Shown one piece after another: positions 8,677-20,805 of a DNA stretch of 64,000 bases. Position 1 is the stretch's first letter. Each line of letters opens with the position of its first letter. The notes beneath the pieces are model-generated. The model searched no databases. It saw only the letters and a list, made by a program, of their open reading frames with translations, and was not told where the DNA came from. Both the position numbers and the translations under genes were made by a program. The stretch comes from Lepagella sp. (GTDB lineage Bacteria; Bacteroidota; Bacteroidia; Bacteroidales; Muribaculaceae), in contig JBJEKI010000047.1 of the NCBI GenBank assembly GCA_051878555.1, positions 47,203-111,202 on the forward strand. The letters run 5' to 3'.

Positions 8677-8883
8677 AAGTTTCTTTTTCTTTCTTATACG
8701 GGTTCTGGCAAATCTCAGTTTATGGTGACATTTTCCAATGTGTTAAATATTTGGCAAGAGAATCATAAAGATGTGAAATTTTACTATACTCAAAATGATA
8801 CTCGAATGATATCAGAGGTGACTAACTGCGTGGAAGTGGATTGCATTAAAGGTGGTCATGTTGGTGTCAGTAGGCGCTTTTAA
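8677..8883 (+). pseudogene. Possible relic of a P-loop NTPase
   Basis: Open frame without a start codon: KFLFLSYTGSGKSQFMVTFSNVLNIWQENHKDVKF...; TGSGKS resembles a 5'-truncated Walker A. Confidence 0.3.
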
Positions 8884-9013
8884 GCTGATAGGGATAAATG
8901 AACTTCAAATTTTTCAAAAAAATATCATTTTTTTTATTTGTTTGAGAATTAGGGCTTTGACGATGTTTTGGGCTGAATAGTGAAAATTTTTTTGAAAATA
9001 TTTTGCTCAAAAA

Positions 9014-9045
9014 TTTGGTGGTTTCGATTTTTTGCTATAACTTTG
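9014..9045 (+). promoter_or_regulatory. tRNA promoter (TTTG ... TAACTTTG)
   Basis: -33 TTTG at 9014-9017 and -7 TAACTTTG at 9038-9045. Confidence 0.75.
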
Positions 9046-9097
9046 CACTCGCAATCGGGAATGATACCGAGAGCAAACGAAATAAAGACCTTCAATT

Positions 9098-9171
9098 GGT
9101 GCGGTAGTTCAGCTGGTTAGAATACATGCCTGTCACGCATGGGGTCGCGGGTTCGAGTCCCGTCCGCACCG
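9098..9171 (+). tRNA. tRNA-Asp (GTC)
   Basis: Acceptor stem GGTGCGG/CCGCACC, D-arm AGTTCAGCTGGTTAGAA, anticodon arm CATGC-CTGTCAC-GCATG, T-loop GTTCGAG; CCA not encoded. Confidence 0.97.
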
Positions 9172-9184
9172 CCGAGGAGAGAGG

Positions 9185-9226
9185 AAGATCAGCAGCGTAA
9201 ACTTCGGTTTCCTGCTGATCTTTTTT
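9185..9226 (+). terminator. tRNA terminator
   Basis: Stem AAGATCAGCAG/CTGCTGATCTT with an inner UUCG loop, followed by a T-tract. Confidence 0.85.
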
Positions 9227-9299
9227 CGTATCTATTCCCCTCGATACCCCCCCCCTCCCTGACTCCTTTCACGTCTAACCATCCTTTCGCGCTTCGCTT

Positions 9300-9749
9300 A
9301 TGTATTTCGCTATTATCAATGGCCCTAACCTCGATCTCCTCGGCAAACGTCAGCCCGAGATCTACGGCTCTTCTACCTTCGAAGAGACCCTCTCCCTATT
9401 GCGTGCCGACCTTTCTGATTATGAAATCAAATACTCACAGTCCAACTGCGAGGGTGAGATCATCAATATGATACATGCCTACGGCTTCGATCCCGACTGC
9501 ATCGGCATCGCCATCAACCCCGGTGCCTACGCCCACTATTCCCTCGCTATCGCCGACGCCATCGAGGCTGTACCCACTCCCGTGGTCGAAGTGCATATCT
9601 CAAATATCTTCGCACGCGAAGAGTTCCGCCACACATCCGTCACCGCTCGCGCCGCCAAGTCGATCATCTCCGGTTGCGGCCGCGATGGATACCTCCTGGC
9701 CCTCCTTTATCTCACCCGCCTATCTCTCTCCAACTCCAACCCCAAGTGA
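9300..9749 (+). CDS. aroQ: Type II 3-dehydroquinate dehydratase
   Basis: NGPNLDLLGKRQPEIYG, INPGAYAH and VEVHISN motifs. Confidence 0.95.
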   Translation: MYFAIINGPNLDLLGKRQPEIYGSSTFEETLSLLRADLSDYEIKYSQSNCEGEIINMIHAYGFDPDCIGIAINPGAYAHYSLAIADAIEAVPTPVVEVHISNIFAREEFRHTSVTARAAKSIISGCGRDGYLLALLYLTRLSLSNSNPK

Positions 9750-9761
9750 GTATTCGTGGCA

Positions 9762-10403
9762 ATGAATCAAGACCTATTCAACTACATAGAAAGGCATATC
9801 GACACCCATCCCGATAACCTTCGCCGCCTCGAACGTGCCACTAATATCCACCTCATCAATGGCAGAATGTGCTCCGGACACCTCCAGGGACGTCTCCTCA
9901 AGATGCTCACAGGAATGATCCGCCCTAAGCGGGTGCTCGAACTCGGCACCTTCTCCGGATATTCTGCACTCTGCATCGCCGAAGGCCTCGAGCCCCATGC
10001 CCATCTCGACACTATCGAATTCGACGACGAACTCGAGGATTTCATCCGAGATGCCTTCGCCGATTCTCCCTACGGCGTGAGAATATCTCTCCATATCGCC
10101 GACGCTATGTTATGGATCGCCGACCGCCCTGATGCCTCTTACGATATGATATTCCTCGACGCTGACAAGCGCCGCTATCCCGAATATTATATCCACTGCA
10201 AACGACTACTCACCCCCGGAGGCTATCTCCTCGCCGATAATACCCTCTGGGATGGTCACGTCGTCGAACCCGACCATCTCTCCGACCCTCAGACCGCCGC
10301 TATATGCCGCTTCAACGATATGGTAGCCAACGATCCCGATGTCGACAAGGTAATCATCCCTCTCCGCGACGGGCTCTCCCTAATCCGCAAGAAACCCCTT
10401 TAG
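9762..10403 (+). CDS. SAM-dependent O-methyltransferase (caffeoyl-CoA/TrmR-like family)
   Basis: LELGTFSGYS, FLDADK and ADNTLWDG motifs; alternative GTG start at 9756. Confidence 0.88.
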   Translation: MNQDLFNYIERHIDTHPDNLRRLERATNIHLINGRMCSGHLQGRLLKMLTGMIRPKRVLELGTFSGYSALCIAEGLEPHAHLDTIEFDDELEDFIRDAFADSPYGVRISLHIADAMLWIADRPDASYDMIFLDADKRRYPEYYIHCKRLLTPGGYLLADNTLWDGHVVEPDHLSDPQTAAICRFNDMVANDPDVDKVIIPLRDGLSLIRKKPL

Positions 10404-10566
10404 AGCGCGTTGCTTTGCCACTTTAACCCCCTCTCTAAACTAAATCTCTCTCCTCTTCGTTATTATATTAGAACCGCTCCGAGACTTTAGAAATCGCTCT
10501 CCATCTCTGTGCGGCAAGTTCTCTAAATCTATCAACCTTTAAGACAATTTTTTTAAGACTATATAT

Positions 10567-10950
10567 ATGGAAGGTAAACGCCAAGCCAAAATAGCAAGAC
10601 TTATACAGAAAGAATTGAGCGAAATTTTTCGCCGCCAAACCGCCCGCATGGGCAATGTGCTCGTCTCGGTGAGCACCGTACGTGTATCCCCCGACCTCAG
10701 CATCGCGCGGGTATATCTCAGCATATTCCCCTCAGAACGTGCTGAGGAAATCCTCAATAACATCAAGAGCCAGACTCGTACATGCCGCTATGAGTTGGCA
10801 CAAGCCGTTAAAACTACTCTTCGCAAGTGCCCCGACCTCAGCTTCTTCATCGATGATTCCCTCGACTATGTCGAGAATATCGACCGCATCCTCGCCGCAG
10901 ACCCACATCTGCATGACGAGCCACTCTCCGAAGATGCTTTCGATGATTGA
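10567..10950 (+). CDS. rbfA: Ribosome-binding factor A
   Basis: RQAKIARLIQKELSEIF, VRVSPDLSIARVYLS and PDLSFFIDDSLDY motifs. Confidence 0.95.
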   Translation: MEGKRQAKIARLIQKELSEIFRRQTARMGNVLVSVSTVRVSPDLSIARVYLSIFPSERAEEILNNIKSQTRTCRYELAQAVKTTLRKCPDLSFFIDDSLDYVENIDRILAADPHLHDEPLSEDAFDD

Positions 10951-11015
10951 TCAAGCGAAGTTAATATTCTCCTATCAATCACTCTAACCGAATTAACTCT
11001 ACATAGACTGAGGAG

Positions 11016-12248
11016 ATGAAGCGGATGCTTGCCGCCAAGATCGCTTGGCGATATCTGAGATCGAAAAAGTCGCATGGCGCCGTGACCACCATCACCACCG
11101 TGTCGATCATCGCTATGGCTGTCGCCACGGCGGCTATCATCTGTGTCTTGTCGGTGTTCAACGGCTTTCAGCAGGTCATAGCCTCTAAACTCGACTCCCT
11201 CTCGCCCGATGTCATGGTGACTCCCGCTGAAGGGAAAACCTTCGATCATGCCTCGGAGTTGACCGACCGAATCCGCAAAATGCCCGAGGTAGAGGTCGCC
11301 ACCCCCACTCTCTCCGACAATGCCTTGATTATCTGTAATGGCCAGGAGATGCCGGTCAAGATTAAGGGCGTCTTCGCCGAGGAGTATGCCCACGTCACTG
11401 CCGTGCGTCGGCTCTTCGATCCCGATTTCGGATCTTATATCGACCAGCCTGCCCCGGCTCCCGACAATGCCATCGTCTCAATCGGCGTTGCTGCCCGCCT
11501 CGCCGTCTCCCCCGACCAGGATCTCCTCATCTTCGCCCCAAGACGTCGCGGACGCGTCAACCTCGCAAATCCCGCCTCTTCTTTCCTCACCGATTCACTC
11601 CACGTTACCGGCATATATCACACCGATCAGCAGCAGTATGACGAGGATGGCGTTATCCTCCCCATTGAGAAGGCTCGACGCCTCTTGCAGTATCAAGACC
11701 ATGCCTCGGCTGTAGAGATAAAATGCCGCCCCGGACTCGCGGAAGAACATGTGGCGCAGAAGATTGCCTCGGCATTGGGCCCCGATTTTGTCGTCAAGGA
11801 TCGTGCCCGCCAGCAGGAGATGAATTTCCGTATGGTCAAGATCGAGAAGTGGGTATCTTTCCTGCTACTCGGGTTTATCCTCGCCATCGCCGGGTTTAAC
11901 ATAATCTCCTCACTCTCTATGCTCGTCATCGAGAAGGAGAGAGGCATCGCCACCTTCTCTGCCCTCGGCCTCTCACGCCGACAGATCGGCTGCATCTTCG
12001 CCTGGGAAAGCATCTATGTAGCCCTCGCCGGTGGCCTCTCCGGTATCATCCTCGGTGTCTCCCTTTGTCTTATCCAACAGGAGTTCGGAATCATCACTCT
12101 CGCCGGAGACCCTTCTATGGCGATCGTTTCGGCATACCCCGTCGCTGTCGACCCTATCGATGTGCTTATCACTTTGGTGCCAATTATCATCATCGGCCTT
12201 ATCACCGCCGCTATTACTGCCACTTTTGCCCGCTCGCGTATTAAATGA
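11016..12248 (+). CDS. LolC/E (FtsX-like) ABC transporter permease
   Basis: AWRYLRSKK start, SVFNGF motif, one N-terminal and three C-terminal TM segments. Confidence 0.88.
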   Translation: MKRMLAAKIAWRYLRSKKSHGAVTTITTVSIIAMAVATAAIICVLSVFNGFQQVIASKLDSLSPDVMVTPAEGKTFDHASELTDRIRKMPEVEVATPTLSDNALIICNGQEMPVKIKGVFAEEYAHVTAVRRLFDPDFGSYIDQPAPAPDNAIVSIGVAARLAVSPDQDLLIFAPRRRGRVNLANPASSFLTDSLHVTGIYHTDQQQYDEDGVILPIEKARRLLQYQDHASAVEIKCRPGLAEEHVAQKIASALGPDFVVKDRARQQEMNFRMVKIEKWVSFLLLGFILAIAGFNIISSLSMLVIEKERGIATFSALGLSRRQIGCIFAWESIYVALAGGLSGIILGVSLCLIQQEFGIITLAGDPSMAIVSAYPVAVDPIDVLITLVPIIIIGLITAAITATFARSRIK

Positions 12249-12468
12249 TGTAGTGTCTTGATTGTCAAGTATATATCAGTATTATTTAGAAAATATTAAA
12301 AATATTTACGGAAAAATTTATCTAAATATTTTCTATATTATTTGCATATTTCAAACCTTATTGCTAATTTTGGACGGTGGAATATAAAAAAAGTGAATTT
12401 CACTGAATCCAACGATAATAATTAAAACAGAACCCATAACCCAAACTTCAACAAAAACATAGATTACC

Positions 12469-13845
12469 ATGGAATTACCATTCGCAGAATCTTGGAAGAT
12501 TAAGATGGTTGAACCCATCAAGAAGAGTACACGTGAGCAGCGCGAGCAATGGCTCAAGGAGGCTCACTATAACGTCTTTATGCTGAAATCTGACGCTGTC
12601 TACATCGACTGCCTCACCGACTCCGGTACAGGTGCGATGTCCGACCGTCAATGGGCTGCTATGATGACCGGCGATGAGTCTTACGCCGGCGCTCGCTCTT
12701 TCTATGAGCTCAAAGATACTATCGGCCGCATCACCGGCTTTGAGTATGTCATCCCTACTCACCAGGGTCGTGCCGCTGAAAACGTGTTGTTCTCTCACCT
12801 CGTGAAGGCCGGCGATATCGTCCCCGGTAACTCTCACTTCGACACTACCAAGGGGCACATTGAGAGCCGCAAGGCTTTCGCCGTCGACTGCACCGTCGAT
12901 GAGGCTCGCGACACTCAGCTCGAGGTCCCCTTCAAGGGTAACGTAGACCTCAAAAAGCTCGAGGCTGTCCTCCAGAAAGATGCTGACAAGATCCCCTTCA
13001 TCATCGTGACTATCACTAACAACACTGCCGGCGGTCAACCCGTTTCTATGGAAAACCTCCGCGGCGTTCGTAAGTTGGCCGACAAGTATGGCAAGCGCGT
13101 CATCTTCGACTCTGCTCGCTTCGCCGAGAATGCTTATTTCATCAAGACTCGCGAACCTGAGTTCAAGGATGCTACCATCAAGGAAATCTGCCGTCAGATG
13201 TTCGACCTCGCTGACGCCATGACCATGTCTTCCAAGAAGGATGGTCTTGTCAACATGGGTGGTTTCATCGCTACTCGCTGGGAAGATATCTATGAGGGTG
13301 CCAAGAAGTTCGTGATTCCTTTCGAAGGCTTCTTGACTTATGGCGGTATGAACGGCCGCGATATGGCTGCTCTCGCTGTCGGCCTCGATGAGAACACTGA
13401 GTTCGAAATGCTCGAAACTCGTATCAAGCAGGTAGAATACCTCGCCAAGAAGCTCGACGAGTATGGCATCCCCTACCAGCGCCCAGTGGGTGGTCACGCC
13501 CTCTTCATCGACGCTGACAAGGTGCTCGACCGCATCCCCAAAGAGGAGTTCCCAGCTCAGCGACTCACTATGGAGCTCTATCTTGAAGCCGGTGTGCGTG
13601 GCTGCGAGATCGGTTACCTCCTCGCCGACAGAGATCCTGTAACTCGCGAAAACCGTTTCGGTGGAAACGACTTCTTGAGACTCTGCATCTGCCGTCGTAC
13701 TTATACAAACAATCACATGGACGTCATCGCTGCCGCTCTCAAGAACGTCTACGACCGTCGTCATGAGATCACTCGCGGCGTGAAGATCACATGGGAAGCT
13801 GAACTCATGCGCCACTTCACAGTGCAACTCGAACCCCTCGGCTAA
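12469..13845 (+). CDS. tnaA: Tryptophanase
   Basis: TDSGTGAMS, THQGRAAE and PLP-lysine SSKKDG motifs. C-terminal RHFT has His, as in tryptophanase; tyrosine phenol-lyase has RFFT. Confidence 0.9.
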   Translation: MELPFAESWKIKMVEPIKKSTREQREQWLKEAHYNVFMLKSDAVYIDCLTDSGTGAMSDRQWAAMMTGDESYAGARSFYELKDTIGRITGFEYVIPTHQGRAAENVLFSHLVKAGDIVPGNSHFDTTKGHIESRKAFAVDCTVDEARDTQLEVPFKGNVDLKKLEAVLQKDADKIPFIIVTITNNTAGGQPVSMENLRGVRKLADKYGKRVIFDSARFAENAYFIKTREPEFKDATIKEICRQMFDLADAMTMSSKKDGLVNMGGFIATRWEDIYEGAKKFVIPFEGFLTYGGMNGRDMAALAVGLDENTEFEMLETRIKQVEYLAKKLDEYGIPYQRPVGGHALFIDADKVLDRIPKEEFPAQRLTMELYLEAGVRGCEIGYLLADRDPVTRENRFGGNDFLRLCICRRTYTNNHMDVIAAALKNVYDRRHEITRGVKITWEAELMRHFTVQLEPLG

Positions 13846-13887
13846 TCCCCCGACTTTCACCCCGCCACAAAGGCGCCAAATCCAATA

Positions 13888-13925
13888 AAGAGGCCGGAAA
13901 CTGGTGTTTCCGGCCTCTTATCTTT
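13888..13925 (+). terminator. tnaA terminator
   Basis: 14-bp stem AAGAGGCCGGAAAC/GTTTCCGGCCTCTT with a TGGT loop. Confidence 0.85.
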
Positions 13926-14010
13926 TCACAATACTACTCCGTCACCCAATCTTCGTGCAATTTTGCTTAGAGCGCGTTCCTTAAATTCTATGAAAAAATA
14001 GAAAAAGTCC

Positions 14011-14058
14011 GAGTTACTACTTTATCTATGTTTTTTATATGAGATAAAGTAGTAACTC
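14011..14058. repeat. Perfect 17-bp inverted repeat; probable terminator of the gua/pur operon
   Basis: GAGTTACTACTTTATCT (14011-14027) and AGATAAAGTAGTAACTC (14042-14058). Confidence 0.75.
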
Positions 14059-14088
14059 AGTTGCTTTTCTGATGCTTTTGTCAGGCTA

Positions 14089-15615
14089 TTATTCCCACTC
14101 GATCGTGGCTGGCGGCTTGGACGAGATGTCGTAGACTACGCGGTTGATGCCACGCACCTTGTTGATAATCTCGTTGCTTACCTTTGCCAAGAGCTCGTAG
14201 GGGAGGTGTACCCAGTCTGCTGTCATGCCATCTGTCGAGATTACGGCGCGTAGCGCGCAGCATCTTTCGTAGGTGCGCTCATCGCCCATCACACCGACGC
14301 TCTGAACCGGTAGCAACATCACGCCTGCTTGCCATACCTTATCATACCAACCCGATTCTCTCAGATTGTCGATAAAGATTTTGTCGGCTTGCTGCAAGAT
14401 TGCCACCTTCTCAGCTGTTACCTCACCAAGGATGCGGATGCCAAGTCCCGGTCCGGGGAAGGGGTGACGTCCCAACAACTCGGGATCAATACCCAACGCC
14501 TTGCCGACACGTCTCACCTCATCTTTGAAGAGCAGTCGCAACGGCTCCACCACCTGAAGGTTCATCTCCTTCGGCAGACCACCCACATTGTGGTGAGACT
14601 TGATAGTGGCTGAAGGACCCTTGACCGAGCAGCTCTCGATCACGTCAGGATAGATTGTGCCCTGCCCAAGCCAGCGTGCACCCTCCACCTTCTTCGCTTC
14701 AGCATTGAACACCTCCACGAAATCGCGGCCGATGATCTTACGCTTCTGCTCCGGATCGGTGACTCCAGCCAGGTCGGCATAGAAACGCTCCGAGGCATCT
14801 ACGCCCCTCACGTTCAGCCCCATACCCTTATAAGATGAGAGGACACCCTCAAACTCGTTGGCACGTAGCAATCCATTGTTCACAAAGATGCAATGGAGGC
14901 GATCGCCGATGGCGCGATGTAGCAACACCGCTGCTACCGTCGAGTCGACACCACCCGAGAGTCCGAGGATCACCTTGTCATCACCCAGTTTCTCGCGGAG
15001 TCCCTCCACTGTCGTGTCGATAAATGATGCAGGACTCCACGTGCCGCTGCATCCGCAGATGCCTAACACGAAATTACCCAGCAACTTTGTGCCATCGGTA
15101 GAGTGGAACACTTCGGGGTGGAACTGGATGCCCCAAGTCTCCTCACACTCGATATGATAAGCCGCTACGCGAACATTGTCGGTAGAGCCGATAATCTTAT
15201 ATCCGTCGGGGATATTGGTGATAGTGTCGCCATGCGACATCCACACTTGAGTAGGGGAGGGGAGTCCCGCCATAAGGCGATCGCTCGCATCCACCACGCT
15301 CAGCATCGCGCGACCATACTCGCGGCTCGGAGCACCCTTTACCTCGCCACCATACTCGTGAGCCAGCAACTGCGCCCCATAGCATACCCCCAAGAGGGGC
15401 ATCTTTCCCTTGATATGGCTGATGTCGGGCTTCGGTGCCCCCTCGTCTCTGACCGACGCAGGACTCCCCGACAAGATTACTCCCTTGGTGTCGCCATCGA
15501 TCTCGGGAAGATGATTGAAGGGATGGATCTCACAATACACGTTGAGCTCCCGCACACGACGTGCGATAAGCTGTGTATACTGCGATCCGAAATCTATGAT
15601 TAATATTTTTTCCAT
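14089..15615 (-). CDS. guaA: GMP synthase (glutamine-hydrolysing)
   Basis: Start trimmed to [13 protein letters not shown]; GVCYG, QFHPEV, SGGVDS and KPPATIEWE motifs. Confidence 0.97.
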   Translation of the reverse strand: MEKILIIDFGSQYTQLIARRVRELNVYCEIHPFNHLPEIDGDTKGVILSGSPASVRDEGAPKPDISHIKGKMPLLGVCYGAQLLAHEYGGEVKGAPSREYGRAMLSVVDASDRLMAGLPSPTQVWMSHGDTITNIPDGYKIIGSTDNVRVAAYHIECEETWGIQFHPEVFHSTDGTKLLGNFVLGICGCSGTWSPASFIDTTVEGLREKLGDDKVILGLSGGVDSTVAAVLLHRAIGDRLHCIFVNNGLLRANEFEGVLSSYKGMGLNVRGVDASERFYADLAGVTDPEQKRKIIGRDFVEVFNAEAKKVEGARWLGQGTIYPDVIESCSVKGPSATIKSHHNVGGLPKEMNLQVVEPLRLLFKDEVRRVGKALGIDPELLGRHPFPGPGLGIRILGEVTAEKVAILQQADKIFIDNLRESGWYDKVWQAGVMLLPVQSVGVMGDERTYERCCALRAVISTDGMTADWVHLPYELLAKVSNEIINKVRGINRVVYDISSKPPATIEWE

Positions 15616-15644
15616 GTCTTGTCTGTTGTGAGATAAGGCTATGT

Positions 15645-18442
<2,798 letters not shown>

Positions 18443-18513
18443 TTATTTATCTTGTTTTGTCCCGCACCCGATGATTCTTATCCGCAACTTCGGGTAGCGG
18501 AACTATTAGGTTG

Positions 18514-19809
18514 TTATTTTATTCCGTTACGATCGAAGATATAGTCCACATTCTTCATATAGTAGTCGAGGGTGAAGCAGCCATCCAGCTCTTCGTCGCT
18601 CAGATTGGCTTTTACCACCTCATTCTCACGAAGCAGATCGATATAGGACACGCCATTCGCCATCGCTGCCATCGCCACGGGCTGAACCGTGTCGTATGCC
18701 TTCTCGCGAGCGAAACCCTTGGCGATCAGAGCATTCATCACACGCTGTGCGAAGATTACTCCATTGGTGATATAGATGTTCTGACGCATACGATCTTCGA
18801 ATACGGTGAGATTGCCCAAGATGTTGCACATACGGTTGAGCATATAGTCCAACAGCATGGTGGCGTCGGGCAGGATGATGCGCTCGGTGGCTGAGTGCGA
18901 GATATCTCTCTCATGCCAGAGTGCCACATTTTCGTAGGCTGTCGCCATATAGCCGCGGAGCACGCGCGCGCAGCCACACATATTCTCTGAGCCGATCGGA
19001 TTGCGCTTGTGGGGCATCGCGCTCGAGCCCTTCTGACCCTTGCCAAATGCCTCTTCAACCTCATGAACCTCGGTGCGCTGCAGGCCACGGATCTCCATAG
19101 CCATCTGCTCTATCGATGCCCCGATCACTGCCAAGGTGGCAAGATAATAGGCATGTCGATCGCGCTGGATCACTTGTGTCGAGATGTCGGCACTGTTGAT
19201 GCCAAGTTTCTCACAGACATAGTCCTGTACGAAGGGAGGTATGTTGGCAAAATTGCCCACAGCTCCCGAGATTTTACCGACTTCCACACCCTGTGCAGCC
19301 TCCTCGAATCGCTTGATGTTGCGCTGCATCTCGGCGTGCCAGAGCACCCACTTCAAGCCGAACGATGTGATGTCGGCATGGATGCCGTGTGTCCTGCCGA
19401 TGCAGGGAGTATACTTATATTTCAATGCCTGGCTGCGAAGCATAGCCGCAAAGCTCTGAAGATCTTCGCGCAGAATCTCATTGGCTTGCTTCAGAAGATA
19501 GCCATTGGCGGTGTCCACCACATCGGTCGAGGTCAATCCATAATGCACCCACTTGCGCTCCTCGCCAAGCGATTCGCTCACCGCGCGGGTGAACGCCACG
19601 ATGTCATGGCGTGTCTGCTCTTCGATCTCTTTGATGCGATCGATATTGAAGGTGGCATTCTTCCACAACCTGTCGATATCCTCTGCCGGTACTACTCCCA
19701 ATTCTCTCCAGGCCTCTGCCGAGAGAATCTCTACCTTCAGATAGGCATTAAATTTATTCTCTTCTGTCCAGATGGCGCGCATCTGTTCGCGTGAATATCT
19801 TGGTATCAT
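18514..19809 (-). CDS. purB: Adenylosuccinate lyase (Bacillus-type, 431 aa)
   Basis: [18 protein letters not shown] and signature [10 protein letters not shown] motifs. Confidence 0.97.
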   Translation of the reverse strand: MIPRYSREQMRAIWTEENKFNAYLKVEILSAEAWRELGVVPAEDIDRLWKNATFNIDRIKEIEEQTRHDIVAFTRAVSESLGEERKWVHYGLTSTDVVDTANGYLLKQANEILREDLQSFAAMLRSQALKYKYTPCIGRTHGIHADITSFGLKWVLWHAEMQRNIKRFEEAAQGVEVGKISGAVGNFANIPPFVQDYVCEKLGINSADISTQVIQRDRHAYYLATLAVIGASIEQMAMEIRGLQRTEVHEVEEAFGKGQKGSSAMPHKRNPIGSENMCGCARVLRGYMATAYENVALWHERDISHSATERIILPDATMLLDYMLNRMCNILGNLTVFEDRMRQNIYITNGVIFAQRVMNALIAKGFAREKAYDTVQPVAMAAMANGVSYIDLLRENEVVKANLSDEELDGCFTLDYYMKNVDYIFDRNGIK

Positions 19810-19889
19810 CTATACTTTCTTTCGTTTTTGGGGATGGTGATTATTTTCGATCTTATCGTTACACGATTATTACACTCACTTCGGGGCGA

Positions 19890-20741
19890 TTATTTCTCCA
19901 TGGCGCGGAGATAGCACTCGAGAGTGTTCTCCATCAGGCATGCGCGGGTCATAGGTCCCACACCACCCGGCACGGGGGTGATCACCGAGGCTATCGGCTC
20001 GACATTGGCATAGTCGACATCGCCGGCAAGCTTGCCGGTCTCCGGGTCGCGATTCACACCGACATCGATTACTACGGCACCGGGTGCCACCATATCGGCG
20101 GTGACGAAACGAAGTCGTCCCACTGCCGCCACCAGGATGTCGGCGCGACGGGTCACCTCCGCCAAGTTCTTCGTGCGGCTGTGTGCCACGGTCACTGTGG
20201 CATTACGATCCAAAAGCATCTTTGCCATCGGCAGCCCTACTATATTGCTGCGGCCGATCACCACAGCCTCTTTACCCTCGATCTCTACGCCTGCCTCATC
20301 GAGCATACGTATCACTCCCTTCGGAGTGCAGGGATAGACGCAGGGCCGCTTCTGCCACAACGCTGCTACATTCGCCGGATGGAACCCATCCACATCCTTC
20401 TCGTGGCTGATCGCCTCAATCACTCGATCTTCGTCGATGTGCCGTGGCACCGGTAGCTGAACCAATACGCCATCCACTGTGTCGTTCGCATTCAACTTGC
20501 CAATCACATCCAGAAGCTCCGCTTCACTCGTCTCCTCCGGAAGACGGATTGTCGTGCTCTTATAGCCTACTTGCTCGGCATCCTTCCCTTTTGACTTTAC
20601 ATACGATTGGCTTGCTGGGTCTTCTCCCACCAAGATTACTGCCAAGTGGGGCGCTCTGCCATATTTCTCCACAAGTGCCGGTACTTGGGCCGCGATATCT
20701 TCTTTGATTTTCTTCGCTAAGTCTTTACCGCTGATGATCAT
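19890..20741 (-). CDS. folD: Methylene-THF dehydrogenase/cyclohydrolase
   Basis: Start trimmed to MIISGK; LVQLPVP, KDVDGFHP, GRSNIVG and PVPGGVGPMT motifs. Confidence 0.96.
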   Translation of the reverse strand: MIISGKDLAKKIKEDIAAQVPALVEKYGRAPHLAVILVGEDPASQSYVKSKGKDAEQVGYKSTTIRLPEETSEAELLDVIGKLNANDTVDGVLVQLPVPRHIDEDRVIEAISHEKDVDGFHPANVAALWQKRPCVYPCTPKGVIRMLDEAGVEIEGKEAVVIGRSNIVGLPMAKMLLDRNATVTVAHSRTKNLAEVTRRADILVAAVGRLRFVTADMVAPGAVVIDVGVNRDPETGKLAGDVDYANVEPIASVITPVPGGVGPMTRACLMENTLECYLRAMEK

Positions 20742-20805
20742 ATCTTTGGGTTTGAGTATTTTCGTGTTAGATTTGTTTATAATAGATCTCTTTTCGTCGG
20801 CTATA

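Noticed and set aside
4960-9171. R-M island as a tRNA-integrated element
   Set aside because: It lies 5' of tRNA-Asp. I found no duplicated tRNA 3' end, no integrase and no flanking direct repeat.
12475-13860. 461-aa antisense ORF over tnaA
   Set aside because: It exactly shadows tnaA, is explained by codon bias, and has no recognisable motifs.
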